From: Candidatus Iainarchaeum sp.
GTDB lineage: Archaea; Iainarchaeota; Iainarchaeia; Iainarchaeales; VGJJ01
Length of the DNA stretch: 64,000 nucleotides
Assembly (NCBI GenBank): GCA_016867455.1
Contig: VGJJ01000001.1
Coordinates: forward strand, 3,337-67,336
Direction: 5' to 3'
In this document: piece after piece, positions 53,373-63,792 of the stretch
Layout of the letters: each line of letters begins with the position of its first letter
How positions within the stretch are numbered: the stretch's first letter is position 1
Translations under genes and position numbers: made by a program
The notes under the pieces: model-generated
Seen by the model: the letters and a program-made list of their open reading frames with translations, nothing else
What the model was told of the DNA's origin: nothing
The model's database searches: none

Positions 53373-54481
53373 ATTCACCAAAAATAATAGTATATTCGCC
53401 ATACGCCCCGTCTGCTCCGGGTGCCGCTGGAATGAGAGTCAAAGCCATTCAAGATGCACTCGAACGGGAAAACGCCCGCGTAACGATTCTTACTCCCCGC
53501 GATGGAAGGGAATGGTCCATCTTTCAACGAATTCAGGACGAAAAACCATCCACGATTATTGCAACATCACCCCCTCTTCCTCCGCTCGCATGGGTGTGGT
53601 TTGCTGCAAAAGTAAGCGGTTCACGCTTCATCCTCGATGCGAAAGATGATGGCCGCGCCCTCGCTCTTTTATCCAAAAAAAATAACTCATGGAAAGAAAT
53701 AATGTATTTGCAGCTCCGCGCATTCCTCTACAAGAATGCGGACAGGATTTGGTTTCTCACGCAGAGCGATAAAGAAGAAGCACGGCAGCGTTATCATCTT
53801 TCAGAGTCGCGGACCGCTATTGTTCCGAATGGGTGTGATGAGCGCATCACGTTTAGCACGGTTCTCCGCAAAAAAATCCGGAGCGAATGGAATGTTTCTC
53901 CCCGGAGAATGGTGCTCCTATACGCGGGATCGCTCGGCGATGAAGACATTCATGGTTTCGTTCAAGCAACCCAAAAAATACGAGACAACTATCACCTCAT
54001 TTTTGTGGCAACGGTAGACAACACGACGCAGGATCGCGCGCGCAGAGATGCATTGCATGCACAGCTCAATCAGAAAGAACAATCCTATCATTTTTATGAA
54101 AATATTTCTCCCAGTGAGTTGAGTGCTATTTTTTCCGGTGCGGATATAGGAATAGTCCCCTGGTCAGATGACCTTCCTTCCAGTATTCCCGTTAAAACAT
54201 TTGATTATGCCGGGACTGGGCTCCCGATACTGGCAAAATGTCCTCCTTCAGGGGAATTGCACGCTCTCCTAGAAAATAACAAGGAGTGGGGGGATTCTAT
54301 TGCAAGCTGGGATGCCTTCCCCCGTGCATTTGCGCGCACCCTGCGTCGTTTTTCATTATCCAAGTATACGCTAAAACAGCGCGCTGTGCATGCGAAACGC
54401 GTTCAGGAAACGTGGGGTCGTCGGAAACGAATCCAACGTGAAATGTCTCGCGTCATTGATATGAACAAAAACCAATCATAA
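53369..54481 (+). CDS. GT4-like glycosyltransferase
   Basis: C-terminal Glycos_transf_1-like region DIGIVPW...GLPILAK. Confidence 0.65.
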   Translation: MNSPKIIVYSPYAPSAPGAAGMRVKAIQDALERENARVTILTPRDGREWSIFQRIQDEKPSTIIATSPPLPPLAWVWFAAKVSGSRFILDAKDDGRALALLSKKNNSWKEIMYLQLRAFLYKNADRIWFLTQSDKEEARQRYHLSESRTAIVPNGCDERITFSTVLRKKIRSEWNVSPRRMVLLYAGSLGDEDIHGFVQATQKIRDNYHLIFVATVDNTTQDRARRDALHAQLNQKEQSYHFYENISPSELSAIFSGADIGIVPWSDDLPSSIPVKTFDYAGTGLPILAKCPPSGELHALLENNKEWGDSIASWDAFPRAFARTLRRFSLSKYTLKQRAVHAKRVQETWGRRKRIQREMSRVIDMNKNQS

Positions 54482-54492
54482 GCTGATGGAAA

Positions 54493-55812
54493 TCAGGGAC
54501 GCGAACGCATACCCAGTATTTTTGTAACGCGTCGCAAAATATCTTTTTCAAATGGGGCTAATTGAAAAATACCCGGTCGGATGGGGACTTTCCACGTGGT
54601 GTAGAGGATGATCCACCCGCTCAAAATACTAAACGTAATCACGTTAGCCTGTGCCACGCCCAACGCACCCCCCACGGATGCAGCATACGCATAAATGGGC
54701 ACCGCGGCCAGCGAAGGTATGAGATATAATTCAAAAAATATTTTTCGCGGAGAGACACGGGAGAGAGATAGAGCAATCCAGGGGCGCGCCACATTAATGA
54801 TAGCCACTCCGGCCGTGATATATAGTCCATACGCCAACACATTATCCGGATTCTCGGGCTGCACAATCTGCATGAGGACCCATCCCAAAAAAACAAAGCC
54901 AATCCACTGAAGGAGAGAGAGTATGGTATTGTATCGCACCCCCACCCCAAAAAGAAGAGACACCCGCTCATTCGGTAATTGTGAAAAGCTCAGCGAGAGC
55001 ACTTTCTGCACCATTTGGGGGAAAAGAAAGAAAACATTCGCCAATGTGAGTGCAACGGAATAACTTCCCACGCCACTCAACGCGGCAAAAAATCCAAGGA
55101 TGACAATATCAATTTGATACACAAGCTTGACCACCGACCCCGAGAGGTGATTCCAAAAAGCAAAACCGCGTAGTGCATCAAGGGATAATTTTAGTTTAAC
55201 ATGTGAAATAAATCGAAAATGCAGATGCTTGACTGCGGTAAAATACCACAAGCTCACTCCCACGACTGCAGAAAAAAACTGGAGCCAACCATAGGTTATT
55301 ACATCTCTCGAGAAAAACAAGAAAATCATGGAGAGCAGCAACAGGATGCTCGTCAATACATCCACTTGCGTAATCCGTCCCTGCCTAAAAAAACCATAAA
55401 ATGCTTCACGAAAGGGTCCCGTGAGTGTGCTTACGAGCGTGGCGCCCCCTAAAAGCAAAAAATAGCTTCCTAATCGCGGATCACTAGCGGATTGAAATAA
55501 GAATAATGACACAGGAATGAGCAGCGTGAACAAAATGATTCCGCGGACCGCACTAAACTGCAAAAAGGAAGAAATGTATTCGTGCAATTTTCCTTCCATT
55601 TTTTTAAAATCGCGAATAAAAATAGTTTCGGGAGCCACGAGGATAAAGCCCAGTAGCGCAACGTATCCTCCTGCGAGACCGATAATTCCAATCTCTTCCC
55701 CGGATAATAAACGAACTAATATCGCAAAATTGATGAGACTAATAAACTTCGTCAAAACGATTTGAAGCGAATTGAATGAAAGCACTGAAACTATTTTGTT
55801 AAACATGCTCAC
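54493..55812 (-). CDS. Wzx-type oligosaccharide flippase (MOP superfamily)
   Basis: 12-14 TM helices. Polysaccharide-biosynthesis-protein-like N-terminus. Confidence 0.75.
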   Translation of the reverse strand: MSMFNKIVSVLSFNSLQIVLTKFISLINFAILVRLLSGEEIGIIGLAGGYVALLGFILVAPETIFIRDFKKMEGKLHEYISSFLQFSAVRGIILFTLLIPVSLFLFQSASDPRLGSYFLLLGGATLVSTLTGPFREAFYGFFRQGRITQVDVLTSILLLLSMIFLFFSRDVITYGWLQFFSAVVGVSLWYFTAVKHLHFRFISHVKLKLSLDALRGFAFWNHLSGSVVKLVYQIDIVILGFFAALSGVGSYSVALTLANVFFLFPQMVQKVLSLSFSQLPNERVSLLFGVGVRYNTILSLLQWIGFVFLGWVLMQIVQPENPDNVLAYGLYITAGVAIINVARPWIALSLSRVSPRKIFFELYLIPSLAAVPIYAYAASVGGALGVAQANVITFSILSGWIILYTTWKVPIRPGIFQLAPFEKDILRRVTKILGMRSRP

Positions 55813-56948
55813 GTGAAATCATCCCCCAATAGGGTTGCGTATATTTTCAACTGCTTGTTCGCCACTTCCTGTACAGAAAACGTATTCGCATACGCGCTTG
55901 CTTCGCGGGATAATTTTTGAATCCGTGTCAGGGAAAGAGATGAAGCCGATAGCAATGCTTCGCTTGCCGTAGAAATGGATGAGAAATCCACCACCCATCC
56001 TCTTCCGTTCCCAGCAAATTCCCGGAATGTGGGAATATCATTCAGGATGGGAATTTTTCCCGCAGCCATGGCCTCAACCGCACTAATTCCAAATCCCTCA
56101 TATTCCGAAGCAGATACCGCAAAGGCGCATTGGGAGTATACATCCATCATTTCTTTCGGAGAAAGGGTTCCATGAAACGTGACATTTTTTCCAATTCCAT
56201 GTTTCTTTACTAATGCTTCAAGCGAGGGCCGTATTCCTTCCCAGTCACTGCCAATAATATGCAGGTAAATATTTTTCTTCGCAAGCGCGGCAGAAAATGC
56301 TTCGATGAGCCGATCCACACGTTTGTTAACCGAGAGTCTTCCCACAAAAATAAAATGATTCACCATTTTTTTTCGAATGGGAATTAGTTTGAACTGGGCG
56401 GTATTAACTCCATCAGGAATAATCGATGAACGTCCTTTTGATGGAAGAAAAGCAAAATGTTGCCGGTCTTGCTGGCTGTCGAAAATAATATAATCAAAAT
56501 TTTTCCAGGAAAGCGGTAAAATAAAATTGGCATAAATTTTTTTTAGAAAACCCCTATTTTTGGTGTGAAAAAATCCCCCGTGCGTGTTAATGACAATGGG
56601 CTTGCGATGCCAATTTTTCAAAATAGAAAGAACATCCGCCGATCCGCCGAGACCGTGGACGTGGATAATATCATGTTTCCGTGCGAGGTTCAAGAGTTCT
56701 CGAACAGGAGGAATACGATAAAACGAAAAACCGCGCATGGGGACGCGGCGAATAACCACCCCTTCCACGATTTCTTTTGCGGGGAGCGTTGTCGCACCAT
56801 TCGTACACGTGTTAAACACGAGAATCGTCACGTCATGCCCCGCGGTAGCCATTTTTCGTGCAATATCCCAAATGACCGTTTCAATTCCCCCGATACAGGG
56901 AATCGTGTGATTCCCCACGTGGAGTATGCGCATTTTTTTCATGACCAC
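55809..56948 (-). CDS. GT4-family glycosyltransferase
   Basis: MRILHVGNHTIPCIGGIE...EGFGISAVEAMAAGKIPI. Confidence 0.8.
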   Translation of the reverse strand: MVMKKMRILHVGNHTIPCIGGIETVIWDIARKMATAGHDVTILVFNTCTNGATTLPAKEIVEGVVIRRVPMRGFSFYRIPPVRELLNLARKHDIIHVHGLGGSADVLSILKNWHRKPIVINTHGGFFHTKNRGFLKKIYANFILPLSWKNFDYIIFDSQQDRQHFAFLPSKGRSSIIPDGVNTAQFKLIPIRKKMVNHFIFVGRLSVNKRVDRLIEAFSAALAKKNIYLHIIGSDWEGIRPSLEALVKKHGIGKNVTFHGTLSPKEMMDVYSQCAFAVSASEYEGFGISAVEAMAAGKIPILNDIPTFREFAGNGRGWVVDFSSISTASEALLSASSLSLTRIQKLSREASAYANTFSVQEVANKQLKIYATLLGDDFT

Positions 56949-57925
56949 ACCCTCCTATCAAGGAAACCCGCACTCATGCCTGCGGCAAATGCAAGTGAAC
57001 GGAAGAAATAGATAACCAAACCAAAAGTCCATAATAAAATTCCTGCACGCATTGGAGAGTAAGATAAACTGTACAAGAAAAGAAATCCAATAAAACAGAG
57101 TAGTGACCAATATTCCCACACAGGCAGAAGTAATGATCCTAAAGCAAACAAAACGGAAGAAATAGCCAAAGTAACACTTAACTTCAGCGAAGTGGGAGTA
57201 TAGCTATCTCGGATTAGTTTTCTTGGATGTTTAATGTACATCCGCATTCGCCAATATGCGCGAAAATACTTAACTTTCAAATAGTGAAATAAATCTTGTG
57301 GATGAGTATGAAACACGACTGCTTGCGGTGCAAAAATAAGTCGGTGCCCTTTCTTCGCCATACGATAGCTTAATTCAGCATCCTCCCCCGATGCTTTTGG
57401 GAAACTTTCATCAAATCCACCCTCTTCGATAAATATTTTTTTTCGATACGCCGCAGAGTAGCTTCCTATCCAGTCCAACGTTGTCGCCCGCTTCATGCGC
57501 TCATAACGGTACTCAATATCCAACTGATCAAACCGCGCTACTAAAGAAGTTTGTTTCGTGCGATACGCGCCTTGCACTCCAATTACTTTTTCATCCGTGA
57601 ATGGTTTTATCATTTCGTCTAACCAGTTTTTTTCAGGCACGCAATCACTGTCCAAAAAAACAATAATGGTTCCTTTGGCGCGAGACGCACCCACATTACG
57701 GGCACGCGCAGGTCCTTGATTTTTTTGCGAAATGACTGTAACCAAGGAGTATGATTCCGCAACCCCTTTGGTCTCATCGACACTCCCATCATCCACCACG
57801 ATTATTTCATCCGGGATGCGGGTCTGCAGCATGAGTGCATCAAGGCAGGACTGCAGGGTTTTTGCAGCATTGTACGCGGGAATAATAACACTCACACGCG
57901 CGCGAGTACGAGTAGTGGATGGCAT
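56939..57925 (-). CDS. GT2-family glycosyltransferase with C-terminal TM helices
   Basis: VSVIIPAYNAAKTL...IIVVDDGSVDET. Confidence 0.8.
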   Translation of the reverse strand: MPSTTRTRARVSVIIPAYNAAKTLQSCLDALMLQTRIPDEIIVVDDGSVDETKGVAESYSLVTVISQKNQGPARARNVGASRAKGTIIVFLDSDCVPEKNWLDEMIKPFTDEKVIGVQGAYRTKQTSLVARFDQLDIEYRYERMKRATTLDWIGSYSAAYRKKIFIEEGGFDESFPKASGEDAELSYRMAKKGHRLIFAPQAVVFHTHPQDLFHYLKVKYFRAYWRMRMYIKHPRKLIRDSYTPTSLKLSVTLAISSVLFALGSLLLPVWEYWSLLCFIGFLFLYSLSYSPMRAGILLWTFGLVIYFFRSLAFAAGMSAGFLDRRVWS

Positions 57926-57999
57926 ACTATACCCCCTTGAAATGGACGCTTTTTAACGCACAGGGTTTTGATTAATACAAGCCTCGGACGTTAGTCTGG

Positions 58000-59529
58000 T
58001 TATGGCTGTATTACGGGCAATGCTGTTCGTTGATTGGTTTCCCCTAGGCTGGCTTTCTTGGATGTGTTAAACAAGTATTTGAAAAATGTTAATCCACTTT
58101 TAACGAGTCGGGGAAACTCGTGGGGTGAAGTAATTCCTTCCCAGACTTTGGCGGCAATAAACGATGGCCGCATGTAAAAGTTTCTCCGGGCATCATCGCA
58201 TGCTTGCACGAGTTCGTTCGCAGTGAGTTTATCCGTGCTCACAATCGTGTTATGAGTCCCGTCTTCAAGGAGCCAGTTCTCCCAATTCTCTGCTTGAATG
58301 GTCAAAAAATTATTGGTCTTCGCCCACTCATAGGCTTCGGTTCCCGGGTACACCATGATAGGGAAGAATTGTACCGTATCGGGGTTCACGCGCTTGGCGA
58401 ATTCAACGGTTTGTTGAATCGTTTCACGTGTCTCGCCACGGTTTCCCATCATGAAGCACGCGTGCACGAGAACACCGGCCTCTTTCGTGTCTTTGAAGAA
58501 TTGTTCAATCTTCGTCACGTGGGTTCCTTTCTTGATGTTGTTTAATATTTCCTGCGACGCACTCTCAACGCCGACGCAAACTAATCGGCACCCGGCTTTT
58601 TTCATTATTTTAAGTGTCTCCAAATCCACATCCGCGCGGGAATTAACGGTCCATGTTACGTTTAGTTTGCGGTCAATTATTTCTTGGCAAATTTGTTTGA
58701 CGCGGATGCGATCAACAGTGAATGTGTCATCTTCCACCATGATGTCTTTCACATAAGGCAAGTTTTCCTTAATCCATGCTAATTCATCCACCACATTCTT
58801 CACGCTGCGCGAGCGAAAATTATGTCCAGTAAAGTTTTGGGGCCAATCACAAAACGTGCAACGGAATGGGCATCCTCTTCCAGTAATAATCGTCACTTCT
58901 GGATACAATACGGAGGGATAAAAGTAATCGCGTATGTTCAAATGTTTGTCCCAAATCTGCGTAACGAAGGGGAGTTTATCTAAATAGTCCGCGGGCACGT
59001 CGGGTGCATCCGGGTTTTTGATAATTTCATTTTTTTCATTACGATACGTTATCCCTTTCACCGACTCGTAGGATTTTCCCTGTTCCAAGTGGTTAGCTAC
59101 TTCAACGGCAATCAAATCGTATTCCTTACGCATGACCATGTCCACTCCTGGAGAAATAGTCAAGGTATTTTCGGATACCGCGGAGACGTGGGGTCCGACC
59201 ATGGCAATAATACAATTCGGGAGGACTTTCTTAATGGCTGCAGCGACTTTTCCATCATTGACAACGGATGAGGTGACCGTGTGCATAATGAGCAAGCGGG
59301 GATTGAATGATTTAGCAATAGTGACCATTTGTTCCAGCGTCATCATTTCTTTCGGCGCGGTCGCATCAACCAGTTTAGGAGTATGCCCGTTGATTTCAAG
59401 GGACCCTGCTGCGTAACCCAACCAAATAGGATAATACACACACCCCCCCTTTGACACGGCGGGAGAGCGGGAGTTTTTGCTAAACTGAGGAAAATAGGGC
59501 GGATTGAGTAGCATGACGTTTATTCCCAT
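58000..59529 (-). CDS. Cobalamin-binding (class B) radical SAM enzyme
   Basis: B12-binding N-domain. GRGCPFRCTFCDW. Confidence 0.85.
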   Translation of the reverse strand: MGINVMLLNPPYFPQFSKNSRSPAVSKGGCVYYPIWLGYAAGSLEINGHTPKLVDATAPKEMMTLEQMVTIAKSFNPRLLIMHTVTSSVVNDGKVAAAIKKVLPNCIIAMVGPHVSAVSENTLTISPGVDMVMRKEYDLIAVEVANHLEQGKSYESVKGITYRNEKNEIIKNPDAPDVPADYLDKLPFVTQIWDKHLNIRDYFYPSVLYPEVTIITGRGCPFRCTFCDWPQNFTGHNFRSRSVKNVVDELAWIKENLPYVKDIMVEDDTFTVDRIRVKQICQEIIDRKLNVTWTVNSRADVDLETLKIMKKAGCRLVCVGVESASQEILNNIKKGTHVTKIEQFFKDTKEAGVLVHACFMMGNRGETRETIQQTVEFAKRVNPDTVQFFPIMVYPGTEAYEWAKTNNFLTIQAENWENWLLEDGTHNTIVSTDKLTANELVQACDDARRNFYMRPSFIAAKVWEGITSPHEFPRLVKSGLTFFKYLFNTSKKASLGETNQRTALPVIQP

Positions 59530-59621
59530 AGAAAATCACTCGGGTGTGGAATAACACACCTCATTCTTTGTATTTAAAAGCAAAAGCCCTTTTTCGAATC
59601 TTGCACTACACTTAACATGGT

Positions 59622-60203
59622 TCACTTTTTGCGCGCAACAAAAACCATGTCCTCTTTCAGGGAAAAAGGCACGAGTTGATGGATTATCTTTCGTATGGGA
59701 AAAAACCATTTGTTTCGAGCCCCATCCGATGATTCTTCCGTGAACGGAAATAATTCCACGCGCTCAACCAGAAACCCGTTTCTTTCAAGCAAATTTTTCA
59801 GCGAGGGAATGTCAAAAAGGGAAAGGTGGAGGGGCATTTCATACGAGTGAGTAAGACGGTTGAGCCAGCTTTTCTTGTTCGGGGTTGAAAGTGCCAGCAC
59901 GCCATTTTTTTGGAGAACACGCGCACACTCCTGGATGAAACGCTCGGGTTGGGGAACGTGTTCGATTACTTCCCCCGCGAGTATCCCATCAAACGAGTTA
60001 TCGCGGAATGGCATTTGTTGACCATCCCCAATGACTTGATTCGTGCGCACGTGGATGAGCTCGATGTCTAATGAAATAATTTTTGGAGGAGAGTGGCGCG
60101 CGAGCAAATCCTCATGCAGTGTTCCCGCACTCCCGCCCACATCAAGTATTTTTCCAGCAAGGGGAGTCAGTAATGCTTCGACGCGCGTCCTCATGAATAT
60201 CAC
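59622..60203 (-). CDS. SAM-dependent methyltransferase
   Basis: ILDVGGSAGTL motif I. Methyltransf_11-like. Confidence 0.75.
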   Translation of the reverse strand: MIFMRTRVEALLTPLAGKILDVGGSAGTLHEDLLARHSPPKIISLDIELIHVRTNQVIGDGQQMPFRDNSFDGILAGEVIEHVPQPERFIQECARVLQKNGVLALSTPNKKSWLNRLTHSYEMPLHLSLFDIPSLKNLLERNGFLVERVELFPFTEESSDGARNKWFFPIRKIIHQLVPFSLKEDMVFVARKK

Positions 60204-60943
60204 CCTAGTTTTCCGGCGTGAATACTTTTCCAGTTTTTTACTACTTCATTGGCACGCGTCAACTCATCAATGGTTCCCGCATCCAACCATTCGCCGGATA
60301 ATTTACTCGCCGCGAGTGCATTCCGTGAAATGTATTGATTATGAATGTCGGTTATTTCAAGCTCTCCCCTCTGTGAAGGTTTGAGGGTTCGAATAATATC
60401 GAACACGCCGGGGTTGAACATATACACTCCGATGCTCACCCAATTCGTGGGGGGATCTTTTGGTTTTTCGATTAATTTAGTGACGCGCTCTCCCTCCATG
60501 ACGGCAACTCCTGCTTTCATGGCTTCTTCTCGTGTCGTCTCATACAATAAAATGCGCGCGTCTTCTTTTCCGTGGGCAAATGCATCCATGAATGGTTTAA
60601 TGGAGTGCGACAAAATATTGTCTCCATTTACTGAAACGAATTTTTCTTTTCCAACAAATCCTTCGGCCAATGCAATGGCGTGCGGCAATCCTCCCGCGGT
60701 GTCTTGTACGCGATACGTGAAATGCACTCCGAAGTCTTTTCCGCTTCCCATGAGTTTGAAAATATTTCCCGCATGTTCGGTTCCCGTGATGATTAGTATT
60801 TCCGTTATTCCTGCTTCCTTGAGGGTTTGCAACGGATAATAAATCATGGGCCTATCATAAATGGGAAGTAAATGTTTGTTGGTCACGGAAGTCAATGGTC
60901 GCAGTCGCGTGCCATTTCCTCCAGCAAGAATAACGCCTTTCAT
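60200..60943 (-). CDS. rmlA: Glucose-1-phosphate thymidylyltransferase (short archaeal form)
   Basis: MKGVILAGGNGTRLRPLT...NKHLLPIYDRPMIYYP. Start at ATG 60943, immediately after the stop of the upstream gene. The ORF-track N-terminal extension is unsupported. Confidence 0.85.
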   Translation of the reverse strand: MKGVILAGGNGTRLRPLTSVTNKHLLPIYDRPMIYYPLQTLKEAGITEILIITGTEHAGNIFKLMGSGKDFGVHFTYRVQDTAGGLPHAIALAEGFVGKEKFVSVNGDNILSHSIKPFMDAFAHGKEDARILLYETTREEAMKAGVAVMEGERVTKLIEKPKDPPTNWVSIGVYMFNPGVFDIIRTLKPSQRGELEITDIHNQYISRNALAASKLSGEWLDAGTIDELTRANEVVKNWKSIHAGKLG

Positions 60944-60944
60944 T

Positions 60945-61928
60945 TTAGTTGCCTCCTTTTGGTAAAAAATACTCATGATACCATGGAACCGTTTCACGCA
61001 ATCCTTTTTCAAGCGAATAATTGGGAGACCATCCCAATAATTCTTGCGTGGAACGAATGTCAAGCACGGGGTGATCACGGTCATCAAATGGTCGATTATC
61101 AAACGAAATTTGGGTGGGAAAAGGCATTGTTTTCTGGACAATTTCAGCAATCTGGCGAATAGTCGACAGGTTTCCGGACGCAAAAGTGACTGCCTTTCCA
61201 TTGACGGATTTGGAATGACAGTTCTCGGCTAAGCGAATCATTCCATTTACTGCATCCTGCACATACAAAAAGTCCCGCTTGATTTTTCCATCACCTTTTA
61301 GGGTGATTGTTTTTTTCGTAAAAAGTTCTTTCATCATAATAGGTATGAGTCGATTAAAGTTCGTGTCATTGGGGCCATAAATATTTGTATTCTGCGCGAT
61401 GGCTCCATTCATTCCATATGCGTGAAAATAACTTCGTGCAATAACTTGCGTGCAAAACTTGCTGGCATCATACGGATGAAGGGGCGCCATGACATCTGTT
61501 TTGTTGCTGGACAATGGTTCGAATGCTCTCACCGATCCGGCTAGTATTAGGGGTGTTTGTTCCTTTTTTGCGCGGAGTGCATCCAATAAGAAAAGAGTGC
61601 CATTCACATTGCTTTCAAATGTTTCCACTGGAATTTGGATTGATTTCCACGTGTCCGATTGCGATGCTAAGTGAAAAATGAAATCAAACGCGTGGGTGTT
61701 AACTAATTGTTGTACACTCTCGCGCGAACGCAATTCAAGGGGGTGCACCTTAATCGTTTTTCCGGGGAATAAACGGTCTAAATAAGGAGTATTTTTGGGA
61801 GATCGGCTCGCGCCCTCAATGATGGCTCCCTGCTGAAGCAATTCGTTGGCGAGGTGGGAGCCGATAAAGCCATTTATCCCCGTGATTAGGACTCGCTTCC
61901 CTGACCAATTAGTCGTTCGCATACGCAT
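60945..61928 (-). CDS. NAD-dependent sugar-nucleotide epimerase/dehydratase (extended SDR)
   Basis: VLITGINGFIGSHLANELL Rossmann motif. 327 aa. Confidence 0.75.
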   Translation of the reverse strand: MRMRTTNWSGKRVLITGINGFIGSHLANELLQQGAIIEGASRSPKNTPYLDRLFPGKTIKVHPLELRSRESVQQLVNTHAFDFIFHLASQSDTWKSIQIPVETFESNVNGTLFLLDALRAKKEQTPLILAGSVRAFEPLSSNKTDVMAPLHPYDASKFCTQVIARSYFHAYGMNGAIAQNTNIYGPNDTNFNRLIPIMMKELFTKKTITLKGDGKIKRDFLYVQDAVNGMIRLAENCHSKSVNGKAVTFASGNLSTIRQIAEIVQKTMPFPTQISFDNRPFDDRDHPVLDIRSTQELLGWSPNYSLEKGLRETVPWYHEYFLPKGGN

Positions 61929-61936
61929 CTTTGCTC

Positions 61937-63334
61937 CTACACCAATAAATGACCATGTTTAATGCTCCCGGCCAATCGTGCCCATTTGATGGCGAATGCA
62001 TAACAAATGCCGAGCATCACAATCGCCAAAAAATGGAGCATACTTTGATTCCGAATAAAGGTCATTCCACGGGGAGAGGACAATTCAAAAGTAGGTTTAG
62101 CGTCATTCCATAACCCGGTGGCAACTTTAAAATCAACCACGGGATCAACGATAAATCCACCCCTCACGTGCAGGAAAGTATTGCATAGTTTACTTTTTGC
62201 ATGCTTCTGATGCAGCAACACGTCATTCATGTGATACTTGAATCGCTGCAGCGTGTATAAAATAATTTTTTGAAACGTTTTAGGTGTAACGAGCGTTCGA
62301 TCCCCATGCCACTTGGCACCGTTCACTTTCACGTATTCGTAACCCAATTCAATAATCCTAAATGAAAGATCCGTGTCTTCGCGGTAATAAAAAAAGTCCT
62401 CATCATAGCCGCCTAAATAATCCAGCAGGTCTTTTCGAAAACCAGTCGATGTTCCGCCGTAGTGACCGTACGCGCTCACCGCACCCACGCGCGGAGAATC
62501 AAATCCATTCACCATAATCTGCAGCCAATCCGGTTCAGGATTGTCATCATGATCCATGTTGATGACTACTTCATATTTGGCCGCGCGTATTCCGGCATTA
62601 CGCGCTTTGCACACTCCGGAGCGCGGAAGAAAAAGGAGCGTCACTCGTTTATCATGAGCAAAATTTTTCTTCAAAAGTGAAGGAGTTACTCCATCAAAAC
62701 TCCCATCATCCACCACAATAACTTCGTATTTTCCGGCAAATTGTTGGCTGAGCATTCCGTGAATTGCCTTGATAAGTGGTTCTCCACCATTGAGGGTGGC
62801 CACTACAATACTGGCTGTTTTTGGAGGAGGGCTTTTGGGGCGCGGGGTAGTTGGCAGAGCAACTTCCAATTCGCTGGCAGCATGTTTGAGTGAAGGAATC
62901 ACGTGGCCTCTTACGGGCAATGGGGGGTTTTTTTGCGCACGTTGAATAGCTGCGGATAAATTTTCAATATCATATACGACCACACCGTATTTTTCTTTCT
63001 CCGCGGCGCGAGCTAGTTCTAGTTGATGATCATTCGTGTGTTCACCATATTTTTTTCGGCGAGGCACAATGACCATGGGTATTCGTCCCTGGATTGCCCA
63101 ACCCATGTTTCCCTCCCCCGCGTGTGTAATAAATACATCCGCTTCCCGAATCGTTTTTTCAAAAACGTCCGGGTTCATGAAGGGATGAACTTCCACGCCA
63201 TGATGAGTGAATGGCGTGTATCCTGATTGTATGATTATTTTTCCTCGAATGATTCCTTTTTCTCGCAGTCGGACCACTTCGTTGAGCAAGCGGGAAAATG
63301 AGTCAGGATGCGTTCCCACGGAAACAAAAATCAT
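61937..63334 (-). CDS. Fusion protein: Alg13-like (GT28 C-terminal domain) + GT2 glycosyltransferase
   Basis: N-terminal ~150 aa MIFVSVGTH...FITHAGEGN resembles the Alg13/MurG C-domain. C-terminal IVVATLNGGEPL...VIVVDDGSFDG is GT2. Confidence 0.7.
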   Translation of the reverse strand: MIFVSVGTHPDSFSRLLNEVVRLREKGIIRGKIIIQSGYTPFTHHGVEVHPFMNPDVFEKTIREADVFITHAGEGNMGWAIQGRIPMVIVPRRKKYGEHTNDHQLELARAAEKEKYGVVVYDIENLSAAIQRAQKNPPLPVRGHVIPSLKHAASELEVALPTTPRPKSPPPKTASIVVATLNGGEPLIKAIHGMLSQQFAGKYEVIVVDDGSFDGVTPSLLKKNFAHDKRVTLLFLPRSGVCKARNAGIRAAKYEVVINMDHDDNPEPDWLQIMVNGFDSPRVGAVSAYGHYGGTSTGFRKDLLDYLGGYDEDFFYYREDTDLSFRIIELGYEYVKVNGAKWHGDRTLVTPKTFQKIILYTLQRFKYHMNDVLLHQKHAKSKLCNTFLHVRGGFIVDPVVDFKVATGLWNDAKPTFELSSPRGMTFIRNQSMLHFLAIVMLGICYAFAIKWARLAGSIKHGHLLV

Positions 63335-63792
63335 GAATGGTCACTTCCAAAAATACTTCCAACGTAAACGCCGGAAGGATAATAGGGTTTGAGTTCTTTC
63401 CACTGATATAAAACACGATCCGCGAATAATGATACGATTCTCCCCGTGATGCCAGGCTCCGTTACCCGGCAAAAACTTTCAATAAAAATAATGGGGACCC
63501 CTTGAATTTTGGCGGCCACGCAAACGGGAACAGTAACATCGGCCCCCGTGCTGATAACGAGGCATGGTTTTTCGGTTGAAATTATTTTCCATGCCTGAAA
63601 AAAAGATTTTATCGTTCGAAAAGGATTTCGTGCCGGTCGTTCAATGAAGTATACTTTCTCGGATGAAGAAAGAGCACGCGTGTCCGGTCGTTCAAATGTT
63701 ACAAAAAAATGGTTTGTTTGACGATAAAATGATTGCAATTGTTTCATTTCGGCCAAGTGACCGCCCGCGGAACATGTTAACAAAACACTCAT
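63331..63792 (-). CDS. Alg14-like (GT28 N-terminal domain) membrane-anchoring subunit
   Basis: MSVLLTCSAGGHLAEM...PCLVISTGA is the pattern of Alg14/EpsF-type partners. Adjacent to the Alg13-like gene. Confidence 0.7.
   Translation of the reverse strand: MSVLLTCSAGGHLAEMKQLQSFYRQTNHFFVTFERPDTRALSSSEKVYFIERPARNPFRTIKSFFQAWKIISTEKPCLVISTGADVTVPVCVAAKIQGVPIIFIESFCRVTEPGITGRIVSLFADRVLYQWKELKPYYPSGVYVGSIFGSDHS

Noticed and set aside
60944-61201. N-terminal 86-aa extension of the rmlA ORF
   Set aside because: It overlaps the C-terminal coding region of the upstream SDR gene. RmlA homologues begin at MKGVILAGG (ATG 60943), preceded by GGAGG.
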